Assembly (NCBI GenBank): GCA_001775055.1
Contig: MFBU01000007.1
Span: 1,683-65,682, forward strand
Origin: Candidatus Curtissbacteria bacterium RIFCSPLOWO2_02_41_11
Lineage (GTDB): Bacteria; Patescibacteriota; Microgenomatia; Curtissbacterales; GWA2-41-24
DNA length: 64,000 nt
Reading direction: 5' to 3'
The position numbers were made by a program, and so were the translations under genes. The notes under the pieces are model-generated. The model saw nothing but the letters and a program-made list of their open reading frames with translations, had not been told where the DNA came from and did not search any database. Of the stretch, positions 9,122 to 17,742 are shown piece by piece; positions within the stretch are counted from its first letter, which is position 1, and each line of letters starts with the position of its first letter.

Positions 9122-9601
9122 TTATCCTTCATTTTCGAACTTGGATATTTTGTCAACCCTTCTCTGATGGCGACCACTTTCAAACTTGGTATCAAGCCAG
9201 ACAGAAACTGCCTTTTTGGCATCATCTGCCGATAGAAACCTAGCACCAAGTGACAAGATATTTGCATCATTATGCTCGCGAGCAAGTCGAGGAATCGAAG
9301 ATCCTGAGCTTGTCGAAGGACCTCCATAATAAACCGCTGCTCTTATCCCTTTTACTTTATTGGCAGCAATTGCCTCCCCTTGACCGGAACCGCCAATGAC
9401 TATCCCCACATCATCGGGTTTACCCTGAGCGTGGCTTTCCGCCACGCGAAGGGCGCAAGGGATTACAAAATCTGGATAATCGTCATCTTCATTAAGCTCA
9501 AATGCCCCCATGTCCTCAACCTCCAAACCTTTGATCTTAAGATACTGGATCAACTGTTTTTTAAGATAAAATCCAGCATGATCGGCCGCAATGTAAATCA
9601 T
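9122..9601 (-). CDS. rpiB: ribose-5-phosphate isomerase B
   Basis: 159 aa; 'IYIAADHAGF', 'GIVIGGSGQGEAIAANK', 'LAREHNDANILSLGARF' RpiB/LacAB signatures; small repeat-like insert (~9270-9325, 'PSTSSGSSIP'). Confidence 0.85.
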   Translation of the reverse strand: MIYIAADHAGFYLKKQLIQYLKIKGLEVEDMGAFELNEDDDYPDFVIPCALRVAESHAQGKPDDVGIVIGGSGQGEAIAANKVKGIRAAVYYGGPSTSSGSSIPRLAREHNDANILSLGARFLSADDAKKAVSVWLDTKFESGRHQRRVDKISKFENEG

Positions 9602-9622
9602 CTATTTTGAGTATAACTGAAA

Positions 9623-9686
9623 ATATCAGAGGAGCGCCATTGACATGAAGAACCGAAGGTTCTGTGTCAAGGCGACCTGCTGATAT
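9623..9686. repeat. family-A MITE-like repeat, copy 2 ('atatcagaggagcgcc...ggcgacctgctgatat')
   Basis: near-perfect TIRs, internal hairpin 'gaaccgaaggttc'. Confidence 0.75.
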
Positions 9687-9736
9687 TCCAGATTACAAGG
9701 TTGGCGAAATATGCGCAAATTGACCAAAGTTAATTG

Positions 9737-11065
9737 TTAAGAAACTAGATTTTTGAGGTCAAAATTAGCGTCTGCAAGACTACCCTTATGGACAGAAATA
9801 TCAATCTTCCCTTTAACCGCCATCGTTAGAGGCCCGACTTCGGCAGGATTATTAATGACAGTTGCCCCGACAATCCGCGTAGTTCCGCTAATTTCCTTAA
9901 TAAAGATTCTTGTCATCTTTCCTTCCGCGACTGTTCCGCGTGTTACAACTTCATCGGCAAAACTCTCGTCTGTTACTCCGATAAACGAACAATGGCCGCC
10001 CGCCTCGACTCGCGGAGACTTAGCCGTTCCAGTCGACCGAGATGTATCGACGCGAGGCCGGTCAAAAAAATCAGCGCTGTATGAAGAAGCCGTTTCAAAA
10101 ACCGTTCTTACACCGGCAATTGTTTTACCAACCGCCAAGCCCTGGCTGGTCGCATTAGCCCAATTTCCCATTATATGCTGTCTTTTAAAAATCACATCCC
10201 AAAACTCGGCGCAATCGCCGGCCGCATAAATATCGGGTACATTGGTTTCCAGGTATTCATTGGTAACAATCCCCCGATTGACCTTAATGCCACTCCCCTT
10301 AAACCAATCAAGATCAGTTTTAATCCCAACCCCAATCCCAACAATATCCGCTTCAAAAGTCTTCCCAGACTTGGTAACTACCTCCCTAACAACTGGAGTC
10401 CGGTCTCTGATAGAGATTGAACTTCGCAGTTCTGCGACTTCTTCATTAGTCAAAACTTTGACACCATTTTTCTCTAAGGTTTTTTGTAAAACTTGGCTAG
10501 AGTCTCGATCTAATTTTCCCTGCCAATAATAATCCTCTATTACCAAAACCAATACATCCTCCACTCCATTTGCCCGAAAACACGTCGCAAAATCCAGACT
10601 GATAAAACCACCGCCAATAATAACTGCTTGTCTAGAATTAACAACTTGCGCCAGAATTGCATCCGCATCATCTAACGTCCGTAGATAAAAAACATTACCA
10701 AGATCATCTCCGGTAATCGGCAGTCTGATAACAGAACCGCCGGTGGTAATTAAAAGTTTCCCATATTGATACTCTCCACCAGTGGAAACTTTGACTCTGT
10801 GGCTTGCCGACTCTAAACTGTCGGCCTTTACACCCTTAACAAACTCTATATTCTTTTCTTGATACCAGCTTGGTTTCTTCAAAAATAATTTATCTCTTGC
10901 GATTTCGCCACGGAGATAGTTGGAAAGCAAAATTCGGGAATACTCCTCATAAGGTTCATCACTGACAATGGTAATTGAAGATTGAGGTTTTAATGATCGA
11001 AAAACTTCCGCCGCCGTTGTCCCTGCCGCTGAACCACCTACCACCAAAAGATCAACCGACTTCAT
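9737..11065 (-). CDS. FAD-dependent pyridine nucleotide-disulfide oxidoreductase (NADH-oxidase / ferredoxin-reductase-like) with C-terminal extension
   Basis: 442 aa; FAD-binding 'DLLVVGGSAAGTTAA', second Rossmann 'AVIIGGGFISLDFA', 'AAGDCAEF' motif. Confidence 0.7.
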   Translation of the reverse strand: MKSVDLLVVGGSAAGTTAAEVFRSLKPQSSITIVSDEPYEEYSRILLSNYLRGEIARDKLFLKKPSWYQEKNIEFVKGVKADSLESASHRVKVSTGGEYQYGKLLITTGGSVIRLPITGDDLGNVFYLRTLDDADAILAQVVNSRQAVIIGGGFISLDFATCFRANGVEDVLVLVIEDYYWQGKLDRDSSQVLQKTLEKNGVKVLTNEEVAELRSSISIRDRTPVVREVVTKSGKTFEADIVGIGVGIKTDLDWFKGSGIKVNRGIVTNEYLETNVPDIYAAGDCAEFWDVIFKRQHIMGNWANATSQGLAVGKTIAGVRTVFETASSYSADFFDRPRVDTSRSTGTAKSPRVEAGGHCSFIGVTDESFADEVVTRGTVAEGKMTRIFIKEISGTTRIVGATVINNPAEVGPLTMAVKGKIDISVHKGSLADANFDLKNLVS

Positions 11066-11787
11066 AAGGAAACTCCGGAAATCCCAAAGAAACGAAGCGC
11101 CTCACCGGCAATAAAGCCAATAGCTGCCGCTACTAACCCGATGACAATTGTTTCGGCAATTTTAGTTCCAAAACTGCCGCGATTAAGCCACCAGCGAATC
11201 GACCCGATAAATGTCATCACCAAAACAGAAACAAAAATTGACATCAAAAGTGCACGGGCAATCGGAGTAAAGAAGATAAATGGCAAAAGCGGCGGAATAC
11301 CTGCCAGAAGATAGAAAAAACCAATTAAAACACCGGCAATTCTTGGCGACTCTTCCTTTACAAGACCAAGTTCATCACGCATCATAACGCGGAGCCAAAG
11401 ATTGCGGTCGGCCGTTACTTTTTTGGTTAAAACCTCAACCGTATCCTTATCAAAACCATAATTTGTATAGATTTCGCGAATTTCATCGCGTTCGACATCC
11501 GGCTTATTATCTATTTCCCAATTTTCAATTTTCTCCATGGCATCGTAAAACTCCCTTTGGCTTTTAACCGCCAAGTAATTACCAAGAGCCATTGAGGCCG
11601 CACCGGCAATAATTGTTAGCGCACCGGCAATGACCACAATCCCCTGTTCGCTAACACTACCGGCAATCCCCACCAAAAAACCAATGGCCGTTACCACACC
11701 GTCATTGGCACCAAAAACAATATCTCTTAAAAACTGTCCGCTTGTTGGATGCTGCGGTTCTCTTTCTGCAATTGATTTTTCCTGCAT
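11062..11787 (-). CDS. VIT1/CCC1 family iron/manganese transporter
   Basis: 241 aa; 'FGANDGVVTAIGFLVGIAGS' VIT-family N-terminus, central soluble domain, 5 TM segments. Confidence 0.7.
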   Translation of the reverse strand: MQEKSIAEREPQHPTSGQFLRDIVFGANDGVVTAIGFLVGIAGSVSEQGIVVIAGALTIIAGAASMALGNYLAVKSQREFYDAMEKIENWEIDNKPDVERDEIREIYTNYGFDKDTVEVLTKKVTADRNLWLRVMMRDELGLVKEESPRIAGVLIGFFYLLAGIPPLLPFIFFTPIARALLMSIFVSVLVMTFIGSIRWWLNRGSFGTKIAETIVIGLVAAAIGFIAGEALRFFGISGVSL

Positions 11788-11847
11788 GAGATTATTCTAT
11801 CATGGAATTTTCGACTGAGATTTTGTACTTCATGGTAAAATACCTGC

Positions 11848-12147
11848 ATGGCTGAAAGAAGAATCAGGACCGTCCCTCGAATACAAACAGTCGAACCAGA
11901 CCAAATACCAAATACTGTTGTAACGCCAAAAAGGACCCGAACAGTACCATTAATACGAACGGTTGAGCCAAAAAATAGAAAAATTATGACTACAAATGAA
12001 GGGACACCCCATGAAGTTAAACGCGAACCATTTCCGGAAAATATCCCTGATGAAATCCTCGATGATCCTGATATGCTCAGACCTTTTGATCCTGTTGTCT
12101 CTCCACCAATAACTTTTCGTGAACTTCTGGAAAGTTTAAACAGTTAG
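11848..12147 (+). CDS. hypothetical protein with internal tandem repeat ('RTVPRIQTVEP'/'RTVPLIRTVEP')
   Basis: 99-aa ORF divergent from VIT gene; no known domain. Confidence 0.25.
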   Translation: MAERRIRTVPRIQTVEPDQIPNTVVTPKRTRTVPLIRTVEPKNRKIMTTNEGTPHEVKREPFPENIPDEILDDPDMLRPFDPVVSPPITFRELLESLNS

Positions 12148-12401
12148 GGGTACTCTTGTTCTCCGGTTCCAATATTTTCCAAAATTATCGCCTTAGTCGG
12201 GCAAGACTCGGCAGCCAGTTTTATTGATTCGGGAGGATCTCCCGCCTCATCCAAAACTACGGCTTTATTTTCGCTATCCAGCGCAAAAGTTTTCATTGCC
12301 AATGCCACGCAAGAAGCCGCGCCAATGCAAAGGTTGCGATCAACTTTAATACGATATTTCTTTGTTTGATTGCTTTGTGTACTTGATTGATTATTGACCA
12401 T
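12144..12401 (-). CDS. small ferredoxin-like Fe-S protein
   Basis: 85 aa; 'CIGAASC' and 'ESCP' cysteine motifs; last gene of suf cluster. Confidence 0.5.
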   Translation of the reverse strand: MVNNQSSTQSNQTKKYRIKVDRNLCIGAASCVALAMKTFALDSENKAVVLDEAGDPPESIKLAAESCPTKAIILENIGTGEQEYP

Positions 12402-12434
12402 ACCGGTGTCTAGTTAAATTCTAAAGGTAAAATA

Positions 12435-12803
12435 CTAGTTTTTACTAGTCGCCAATTTTTTAATTGCTTCAAGCGGCAAAAAGGCACACTTTAATCTGGC
12501 TGGTGCAACTGGACCACCGAGTAATCCTAAAACATCCTTACCAGTTAATTTTGCTAAAAAAGAAATCGGCCTCCCCTTAATAAACTCCGAAAGGATTGAC
12601 GCTGAAGCAATGGAAATCGCACATCCGTTGCCGACAAATGAAACGCCAGCTACCTTATTATTCTTAATTTTAAAGTAAAACCGCACCTCATCACCACATA
12701 ATGGATTAATCTGGTCAATAACCAAATCGGCATCAGGCATTTCCCCAAAATTCAAAGGATTTTGCCAATGCTCAAGAATTTCCTCCCTGTAGATATCTGT
12801 CAT
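12435..12803 (-). CDS. sufU: SUF Fe-S cluster assembly scaffold SufU (NifU/IscU-like)
   Basis: 122 aa; 'NPLCGDEV' and 'GNGCAIS' conserved Cys motifs. Confidence 0.85.
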   Translation of the reverse strand: MTDIYREEILEHWQNPLNFGEMPDADLVIDQINPLCGDEVRFYFKIKNNKVAGVSFVGNGCAISIASASILSEFIKGRPISFLAKLTGKDVLGLLGGPVAPARLKCAFLPLEAIKKLATSKN

Positions 12804-12860
12804 CCTAATTCATCCTAATTTTAATAGTCCAAATTTATTCGAATATTCGCTCATTCGCAT

Positions 12861-14198
12861 CTAAATCTTAAAAGTTTTCTTAACCTTTAAAATTCCCTCC
12901 ACCAACCGATCTATCTCCTCTTTCGTATTGTAAATATAAAAACTCGCTCGCGCAGCCGATGCTATTCCTAAAAACTCCATCAAAGGCTGGGCGCAGTGAT
13001 GACCGGAGCGAATGGCAACTCCTTCCGAATCAAGAATCGAAGCCACATCATGGGCATGAATGTTGCTGACGTTAAACGAGACGACTCCAGCTCTTTTGTC
13101 ATCATCAAAACCACCTCTCTTGTCATCGCGAGCAAAGCGAAGCGATCTATTCTCGCTATTTTTAGATTGCTTCGTCGTCCCGATTGAATCGGGGTTCCTC
13201 GCAATGACATTTGAACGTGGTCCATAAATAATTACATCCGGAATCTTCGACAGTCTCTCAATCGCATACTTCGTCAGCTCAATCTCATGCTTCCTTATAT
13301 TATCCATCCCCAAAGCTTGTAGATAATCCACTGCTGCCCCAAGCCCCACGACTCCGGCCACATCAGGGGTCCCAGCCTCAAATTTCCAAGGCAAATCATT
13401 CCAAGAAGATTCATCAAGGGTAACTTTTGAGATCATCTCTCCTCCAAACAAAAAGGGCGGCATCTTTTCTAAAAGTTCGCGCCTTGCCCATAGAACTCCG
13501 ACTCCAGTTGGCCCCAGCATTTTATGTCCTGTGAATACATAAAAATCACAGCCGATTGAGCCGATATCAACCGGCATATGAGGAACAGCTTGCGCACCGT
13601 CAATCAGGATTTTCGCCCTCGGTGATTGTCGACGGACTATAGTCGACAGACTATCGACCTGATTAATTGTTCCAAGAACGTTTGAAACATGGAAGAAAGT
13701 AACAAGCTTCGTCTTTTTAGTTAAAGCTTTCTTAAAAGCAACTAAATCCAGCTCTCCATTTTCATCAACGGGAATTATTTTAAGAACTGCGCCGTTTTCC
13801 GCCGCCAATTGCTGCCAGACCACAAAATTCGAATGGTGCTCGGCAACCGTCAACACGATCTCATCTTCCTTATTTATATTGAGTCTTCCCCAAGCATAAG
13901 CGACTAAATTAATTGCCTCGGTCGCATTGCGAACAAAAATAATTTCGCTAACATCCCCGACTCCCAGAAATTTCGCAATCTTAGCTCTTGCTGTCTCATA
14001 AGCCTCCGTCGCCTCAACGCTAAGAGTGTGAATTCCCCTATGCACATTGGCATTATGACTTCGATAATAGTTAGTAATCGCCTCAATTACCTGCCTCGGC
14101 TTCTGTGAAGTCGCCGCATTATCCAAATAAACCAACGGATGGCCATTGACCTTGCGGCTAAGAATCGGAAAATCCCTACGAATCTTTGCAATATTCAT
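12861..14198 (-). CDS. sufS: cysteine desulfurase SufS (carries ~90-bp in-frame repeat insertion)
   Basis: 445 aa; 'LDNAATSQKP', PLP-lysine 'FTGHKMLGPTGVG', active-site 'RSGHHCAQP'; ~35 aa longer than typical SufS. Confidence 0.85.
   Translation of the reverse strand: MNIAKIRRDFPILSRKVNGHPLVYLDNAATSQKPRQVIEAITNYYRSHNANVHRGIHTLSVEATEAYETARAKIAKFLGVGDVSEIIFVRNATEAINLVAYAWGRLNINKEDEIVLTVAEHHSNFVVWQQLAAENGAVLKIIPVDENGELDLVAFKKALTKKTKLVTFFHVSNVLGTINQVDSLSTIVRRQSPRAKILIDGAQAVPHMPVDIGSIGCDFYVFTGHKMLGPTGVGVLWARRELLEKMPPFLFGGEMISKVTLDESSWNDLPWKFEAGTPDVAGVVGLGAAVDYLQALGMDNIRKHEIELTKYAIERLSKIPDVIIYGPRSNVIARNPDSIGTTKQSKNSENRSLRFARDDKRGGFDDDKRAGVVSFNVSNIHAHDVASILDSEGVAIRSGHHCAQPLMEFLGIASAARASFYIYNTKEEIDRLVEGILKVKKTFKI
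13121..13210. repeat. TIR-bounded element inserted in-frame in sufS ('cttgtcatcgcgag...ctcgcaatgacat')
   Basis: 12-bp terminal inverted repeats; encodes 'IARNPDSIGTTKQSKNSENRSLRFARDDKRGGFDDDKR'; internal 'cgcgagcaaagcgaagcgatc' related to other repeat families. Confidence 0.6.
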
Positions 14199-14230
14199 AA
14201 ACTACTTTTAAACCACCAAATACGATAAGC

Positions 14231-14374
14231 AGGCTTGAGGCATCCAAAAACATGACGCAGCCAACTTAGAATACCCAATAAATCACCTCTGAGTTTCGAT
14301 GCTGGCGGAGGCTTGAGCGAGGCGAAAAGGTCCTGACAATCAAATCAATAATTAGCCGAGCGTTTTTTGGATGC
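14231..14374. repeat. intergenic composite repeat with IR 'aggcttgaggcatccaaaaa' / 'tttttggatgcaaaagactgc'
   Basis: inverted repeat plus internal 'ggcggaggcttgagcgaggcgaaaaggtcctgaca' resembling the sufC/tkt element. Confidence 0.45.
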
Positions 14375-14387
14375 AAAAGACTGCAAT

Positions 14388-14696
14388 TCATCCTTCTACA
14401 AAAACATCTTCCCCTTCAACCGAAACTTGATACGTCTTTAGAGGTTCGGTGGCCGGCGGCAAAACAACCGCTCCGGTTTTGACATTAAACTGCGAACCGT
14501 GGCAAGTGCACTCAACAACATCACCATGGATTACATTACTGACATCCAGTTCACAATGCGCATGAGTGCAAATGTTGCTGGTGGCAAAAATCTGGCCGGC
14601 AATCTTAAACAAAGCTACCGGCTCTCCATTAACATCAACTTTTTTAAGCCCACCTTCGGCAACATCATTTACATTTGCAACTTTAATCTTGGCCAT
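14388..14696 (-). CDS. Rieske [2Fe-2S] ferredoxin-like protein
   Basis: 102 aa; 'CTHAHC' ... 'CTCHGSQF' Rieske motifs. Confidence 0.75.
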   Translation of the reverse strand: MAKIKVANVNDVAEGGLKKVDVNGEPVALFKIAGQIFATSNICTHAHCELDVSNVIHGDVVECTCHGSQFNVKTGAVVLPPATEPLKTYQVSVEGEDVFVEG

Positions 14697-14724
14697 TAAT
14701 TATCAACCTCCTTTCGGTCGGTAT

Positions 14725-14795
14725 TAATTTTCAATGAAATTTAAATTTTTAAAAATTGATTGAAAATTTCAAATTTCAAATTAAAAATTTTGACC
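14725..14795. repeat. family-F AT-rich repeat ('aatttcaaatttcaaattaaaaattt') copy 1
   Basis: ~70 nt similar to 17643-17742 and, inverted, 30950-31010. Confidence 0.55.
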
Positions 14796-15312
14796 CCGAT
14801 TTTAACTTCTCCCGTATCGGGTTAATAAATCCCTCAATCAGCAATTTTTCAGCCTCTTTTCGGCTCAATCCGCGACTCATCAAATAAAACAACATCTGCT
14901 CATCGACTTTACCGATAGTGGCTGCGTGTCCAGCCTTGACATCCGGCTCCAAAATCTCCAGGGCCGGTGTATCATCACCCATTTTAGCCTCATCAAACAA
15001 CAGCGCGTCAGACCGTAAATACGCATCTGCCCCTTTTGCACCCTTTTCGATTTTGACATCACCGCGGAATGAAAATGTCGATCTCCCCCTCAAAACCGCC
15101 CGCACATTAACATTAGATTTGGTATTGGGCGCAGCATGGGTAATATAAGCCTCGAGTGCTTTCTCCTCAACTCCTTTACCTAAGATCAACCCCACAACCT
15201 CCACACACGCACCTTCTCCTGCCAAAACAACTTCAAGTTTTTCTTCTAGGGTAACCAATCGAAGCGGTACTAACTCAGTCTGATTCTTATATAGAACTAA
15301 TTTCATAATCAA
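14776..15312 (-). CDS. sufD: SufD-like protein (C-terminal beta-helix/dimerisation part only)
   Basis: 178 aa; aligns with SufB/SufD core ('[34 protein letters not shown]'); lacks the usual N-terminal domain. Confidence 0.7.
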   Translation of the reverse strand: MIMKLVLYKNQTELVPLRLVTLEEKLEVVLAGEGACVEVVGLILGKGVEEKALEAYITHAAPNTKSNVNVRAVLRGRSTFSFRGDVKIEKGAKGADAYLRSDALLFDEAKMGDDTPALEILEPDVKAGHAATIGKVDEQMLFYLMSRGLSRKEAEKLLIEGFINPIREKLKSGSKFLI

Positions 15313-15659
15313 CCTCCTGTTAACATTTTTCTAAAATTACCAAAATCGTAGTTCGCTACCCATAAACAATTAACCATTTCATATACTAAAGAACTTAAAA
15401 ATTCTGGATCTTCATCAGTCCCAGGAGTTGTTAAGATAAAAATTCCTATGTTCTCGTTACTCAGTGCCATAAGTTCGTCAAATATCAAACCCATTTCAGC
15501 AGCCCTATCTCGTAATAACTCAAGAGGAATTTCCAGAGGAATAAAACCAGCTCCCTCAACTTCACCTAACCTCTCCATCAATCTCCCAAATTCTGGATCT
15601 AGTTCAAAAAAAGTTTTACGCACTAAATGTACGTAACTCGGCGTACCCTCCAACGTCAT
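15309..15659 (-). CDS. hypothetical acidic protein embedded in suf operon
   Basis: 116 aa; start/stop overlaps (ATGA-type) with neighbours; no known domain. Confidence 0.4.
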   Translation of the reverse strand: MTLEGTPSYVHLVRKTFFELDPEFGRLMERLGEVEGAGFIPLEIPLELLRDRAAEMGLIFDELMALSNENIGIFILTTPGTDEDPEFLSSLVYEMVNCLWVANYDFGNFRKMLTGG

Positions 15660-16234
15660 CCCACCGCTCCTTTCCTCCGACTCAAGCCATCAATAATTCT
15701 CTTTATAATTGGTGGATTCTTTTTGACTCTTAGACAAGGATAATCAATAAGATAACCTAGATTAAGCCTTTCACGAGCGTCCTTTTCTAAAGCGTCCCAG
15801 AGAGTCTGATCGTCACTAACTGCATATTCACCACTCACTTCTAAAACCCTATACCGAAAATCTAGCTCGATATCCAGCGGTTCTATAGAAAACAAGAATT
15901 TCCCGCTTTCAATTTCCTCTACGTTAATATCAAGGTCTGCTTCATTTTTCAAAATACCTCTTCTTTTCAATAAACCCGCAAGACTCAAATATGATAAGGG
16001 GTGCAGGAGTCTGCCTTTTACCCCACGCTCCCTAAATTTGCTAACCTCTTCCCAAGAAGAAATCTCTTTAATATCCAAAAAATCCTCTGGTACCTCAAAA
16101 CAACTGTCAGCAATTCTTAACACAGGCGGCCTACCCCCCTGATCCTCCCGAAATTCGATTGCGGGAATAGATCCAAGATAATCTTCGTATCTTAACTCAC
16201 CAAGATATCCTTCTTGTCGATTCTCGACAGTCAT
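15656..16234 (-). CDS. hypothetical acidic protein embedded in suf operon
   Basis: 192 aa; stop overlaps start of downstream gene, start overlaps sufB stop; no known domain. Confidence 0.4.
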   Translation of the reverse strand: MTVENRQEGYLGELRYEDYLGSIPAIEFREDQGGRPPVLRIADSCFEVPEDFLDIKEISSWEEVSKFRERGVKGRLLHPLSYLSLAGLLKRRGILKNEADLDINVEEIESGKFLFSIEPLDIELDFRYRVLEVSGEYAVSDDQTLWDALEKDARERLNLGYLIDYPCLRVKKNPPIIKRIIDGLSRRKGAVG

Positions 16235-17634
16235 TATCCTACTGCTCCTTCCATATTAAGTTGAATCAATCTGTTTAACTCCACCGCATATTCTAAGGGC
16301 AACTCCTTCACAATCGGCTCGATAAAGCCGTTTATAATTAAGGAAGTTGCTTCAACTTCAGTTAACCCCCGGCTCATTAAATAAAATAACTGATCCGCAT
16401 TAATCTTTGAAACTGCTGCCTCATGGCCAATGGTCACATTATCCTCATCAACCTGCATGGTCGGATAAGTATCGGATCGGCTCTTCTCATCCAAAATCAG
16501 CGCATCACAACGTACATTGCATTTAACTCTCTCTGCGCTTTTAATTACTTTTACCAAACCTCTATATGAGGTTCGACCTCCGCTGTGACTGACTGATTTT
16601 GAGATAATCTCACCGCTTGTCTCCGGCGCCAGAAATACCAGTTTGCCGCCCGCATCCTGATGTTGATTTTCCCCTGCCAGTGCCAAAGACAAAATCTCAC
16701 CGCGTGCTCCTCGACCGGTCAAATAACAAGATGGATACTTCATGGTAATTTTGCTGCCGATATTGCCGTCCACCCACTCCATAATCCCTTCTTCCTCCAC
16801 AAATGCCCGTTTGGTAACTAAGTTATAGACGTTGCTGGACCAGTTTTGAATGGTGGTATAGCGGCAACGCCCACCACGCTTTACAAAAATCTCCACTACT
16901 GCCGCATGCAAAGAATCAGTTGAATAAACAGGGGCCGTACAACCCTCAACATAATGCACATAAGCCCCCTCATCAATAATAATTAGCGTCCTTTCAAACT
17001 GGCCCATGTTAGCGGCGTTAATGCGAAAGTAAGCCTGAAGCGGAATCTCAACCGAAATACCCGGTGGTACATAAATAAAGGAACCTCCTGACCAAACGGC
17101 ACTATTTAATGCCGCAAATTTATTATCAGCTGGAGGAATTGCTTTGCCAAAATATTGCTTCACCAAATCACCATACTCTCGCAATCCCGAATCCATATCC
17201 AAAAAGACAACTCCTTTATCTTCCCATTGTTTTTGGAAAGAATGATAAACCGACTCACTTTCATATTGCGCCGTCACTCCGGCCAAAAACTTGCGTTCCG
17301 CCTCCGGAATACCAATGGCATCATAAGTATCTTTGATCTCCTTTGGTAGTTCCCCCCAAGATTTGGCTTGTCGATCAGTCGGCCTGATGTAGTAGTAGAT
17401 ATCGTCAAAATTAATAGTAGATAAATCCGCCCCCCATATGGGCATCTGCTTTGATTGGAAAATCGAGAGGGCCCGCAGCCTTTGCTCCCTCATCCACTCC
17501 GGCTCATTCTTAAATCCGGATATCTGACGCACAACATCAGCATCCAAACCCTTCTTGCTCTTAAAAACATACCTCTCCGGTTTGGCAAAACCGTATTTGT
17601 AATTAGTAATTGGTATTGATGCTCCGTTGGCCAT
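16234..17634 (-). CDS. sufB: Fe-S cluster assembly protein SufB
   Basis: 466 aa; strong SufB identity throughout (e.g. '[16 protein letters not shown]', '[18 protein letters not shown]', '[16 protein letters not shown]'). Confidence 0.9.
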   Translation of the reverse strand: MANGASIPITNYKYGFAKPERYVFKSKKGLDADVVRQISGFKNEPEWMREQRLRALSIFQSKQMPIWGADLSTINFDDIYYYIRPTDRQAKSWGELPKEIKDTYDAIGIPEAERKFLAGVTAQYESESVYHSFQKQWEDKGVVFLDMDSGLREYGDLVKQYFGKAIPPADNKFAALNSAVWSGGSFIYVPPGISVEIPLQAYFRINAANMGQFERTLIIIDEGAYVHYVEGCTAPVYSTDSLHAAVVEIFVKRGGRCRYTTIQNWSSNVYNLVTKRAFVEEEGIMEWVDGNIGSKITMKYPSCYLTGRGARGEILSLALAGENQHQDAGGKLVFLAPETSGEIISKSVSHSGGRTSYRGLVKVIKSAERVKCNVRCDALILDEKSRSDTYPTMQVDEDNVTIGHEAAVSKINADQLFYLMSRGLTEVEATSLIINGFIEPIVKELPLEYAVELNRLIQLNMEGAVG

Positions 17635-17642
17635 AGTTATTA

Positions 17643-17742
17643 AATTTTCAATTTATAATTCTCAATTTTCATTGAAATTCAAATGTTTAAATTTTAAAAA
17701 TTTAGTATTGATTAAAAATTTTAAATTTCAAATTAAAAATTT
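17643..17742. repeat. family-F AT-rich repeat copy 2
   Basis: see 14725-14795. Confidence 0.55.

Noticed and set aside
8686-9327. Long form of the membrane-protein ORF
   Set aside because: It overlaps the well-supported rpiB by ~200 bp. Translation most likely starts at an internal Met near 9105-9132.
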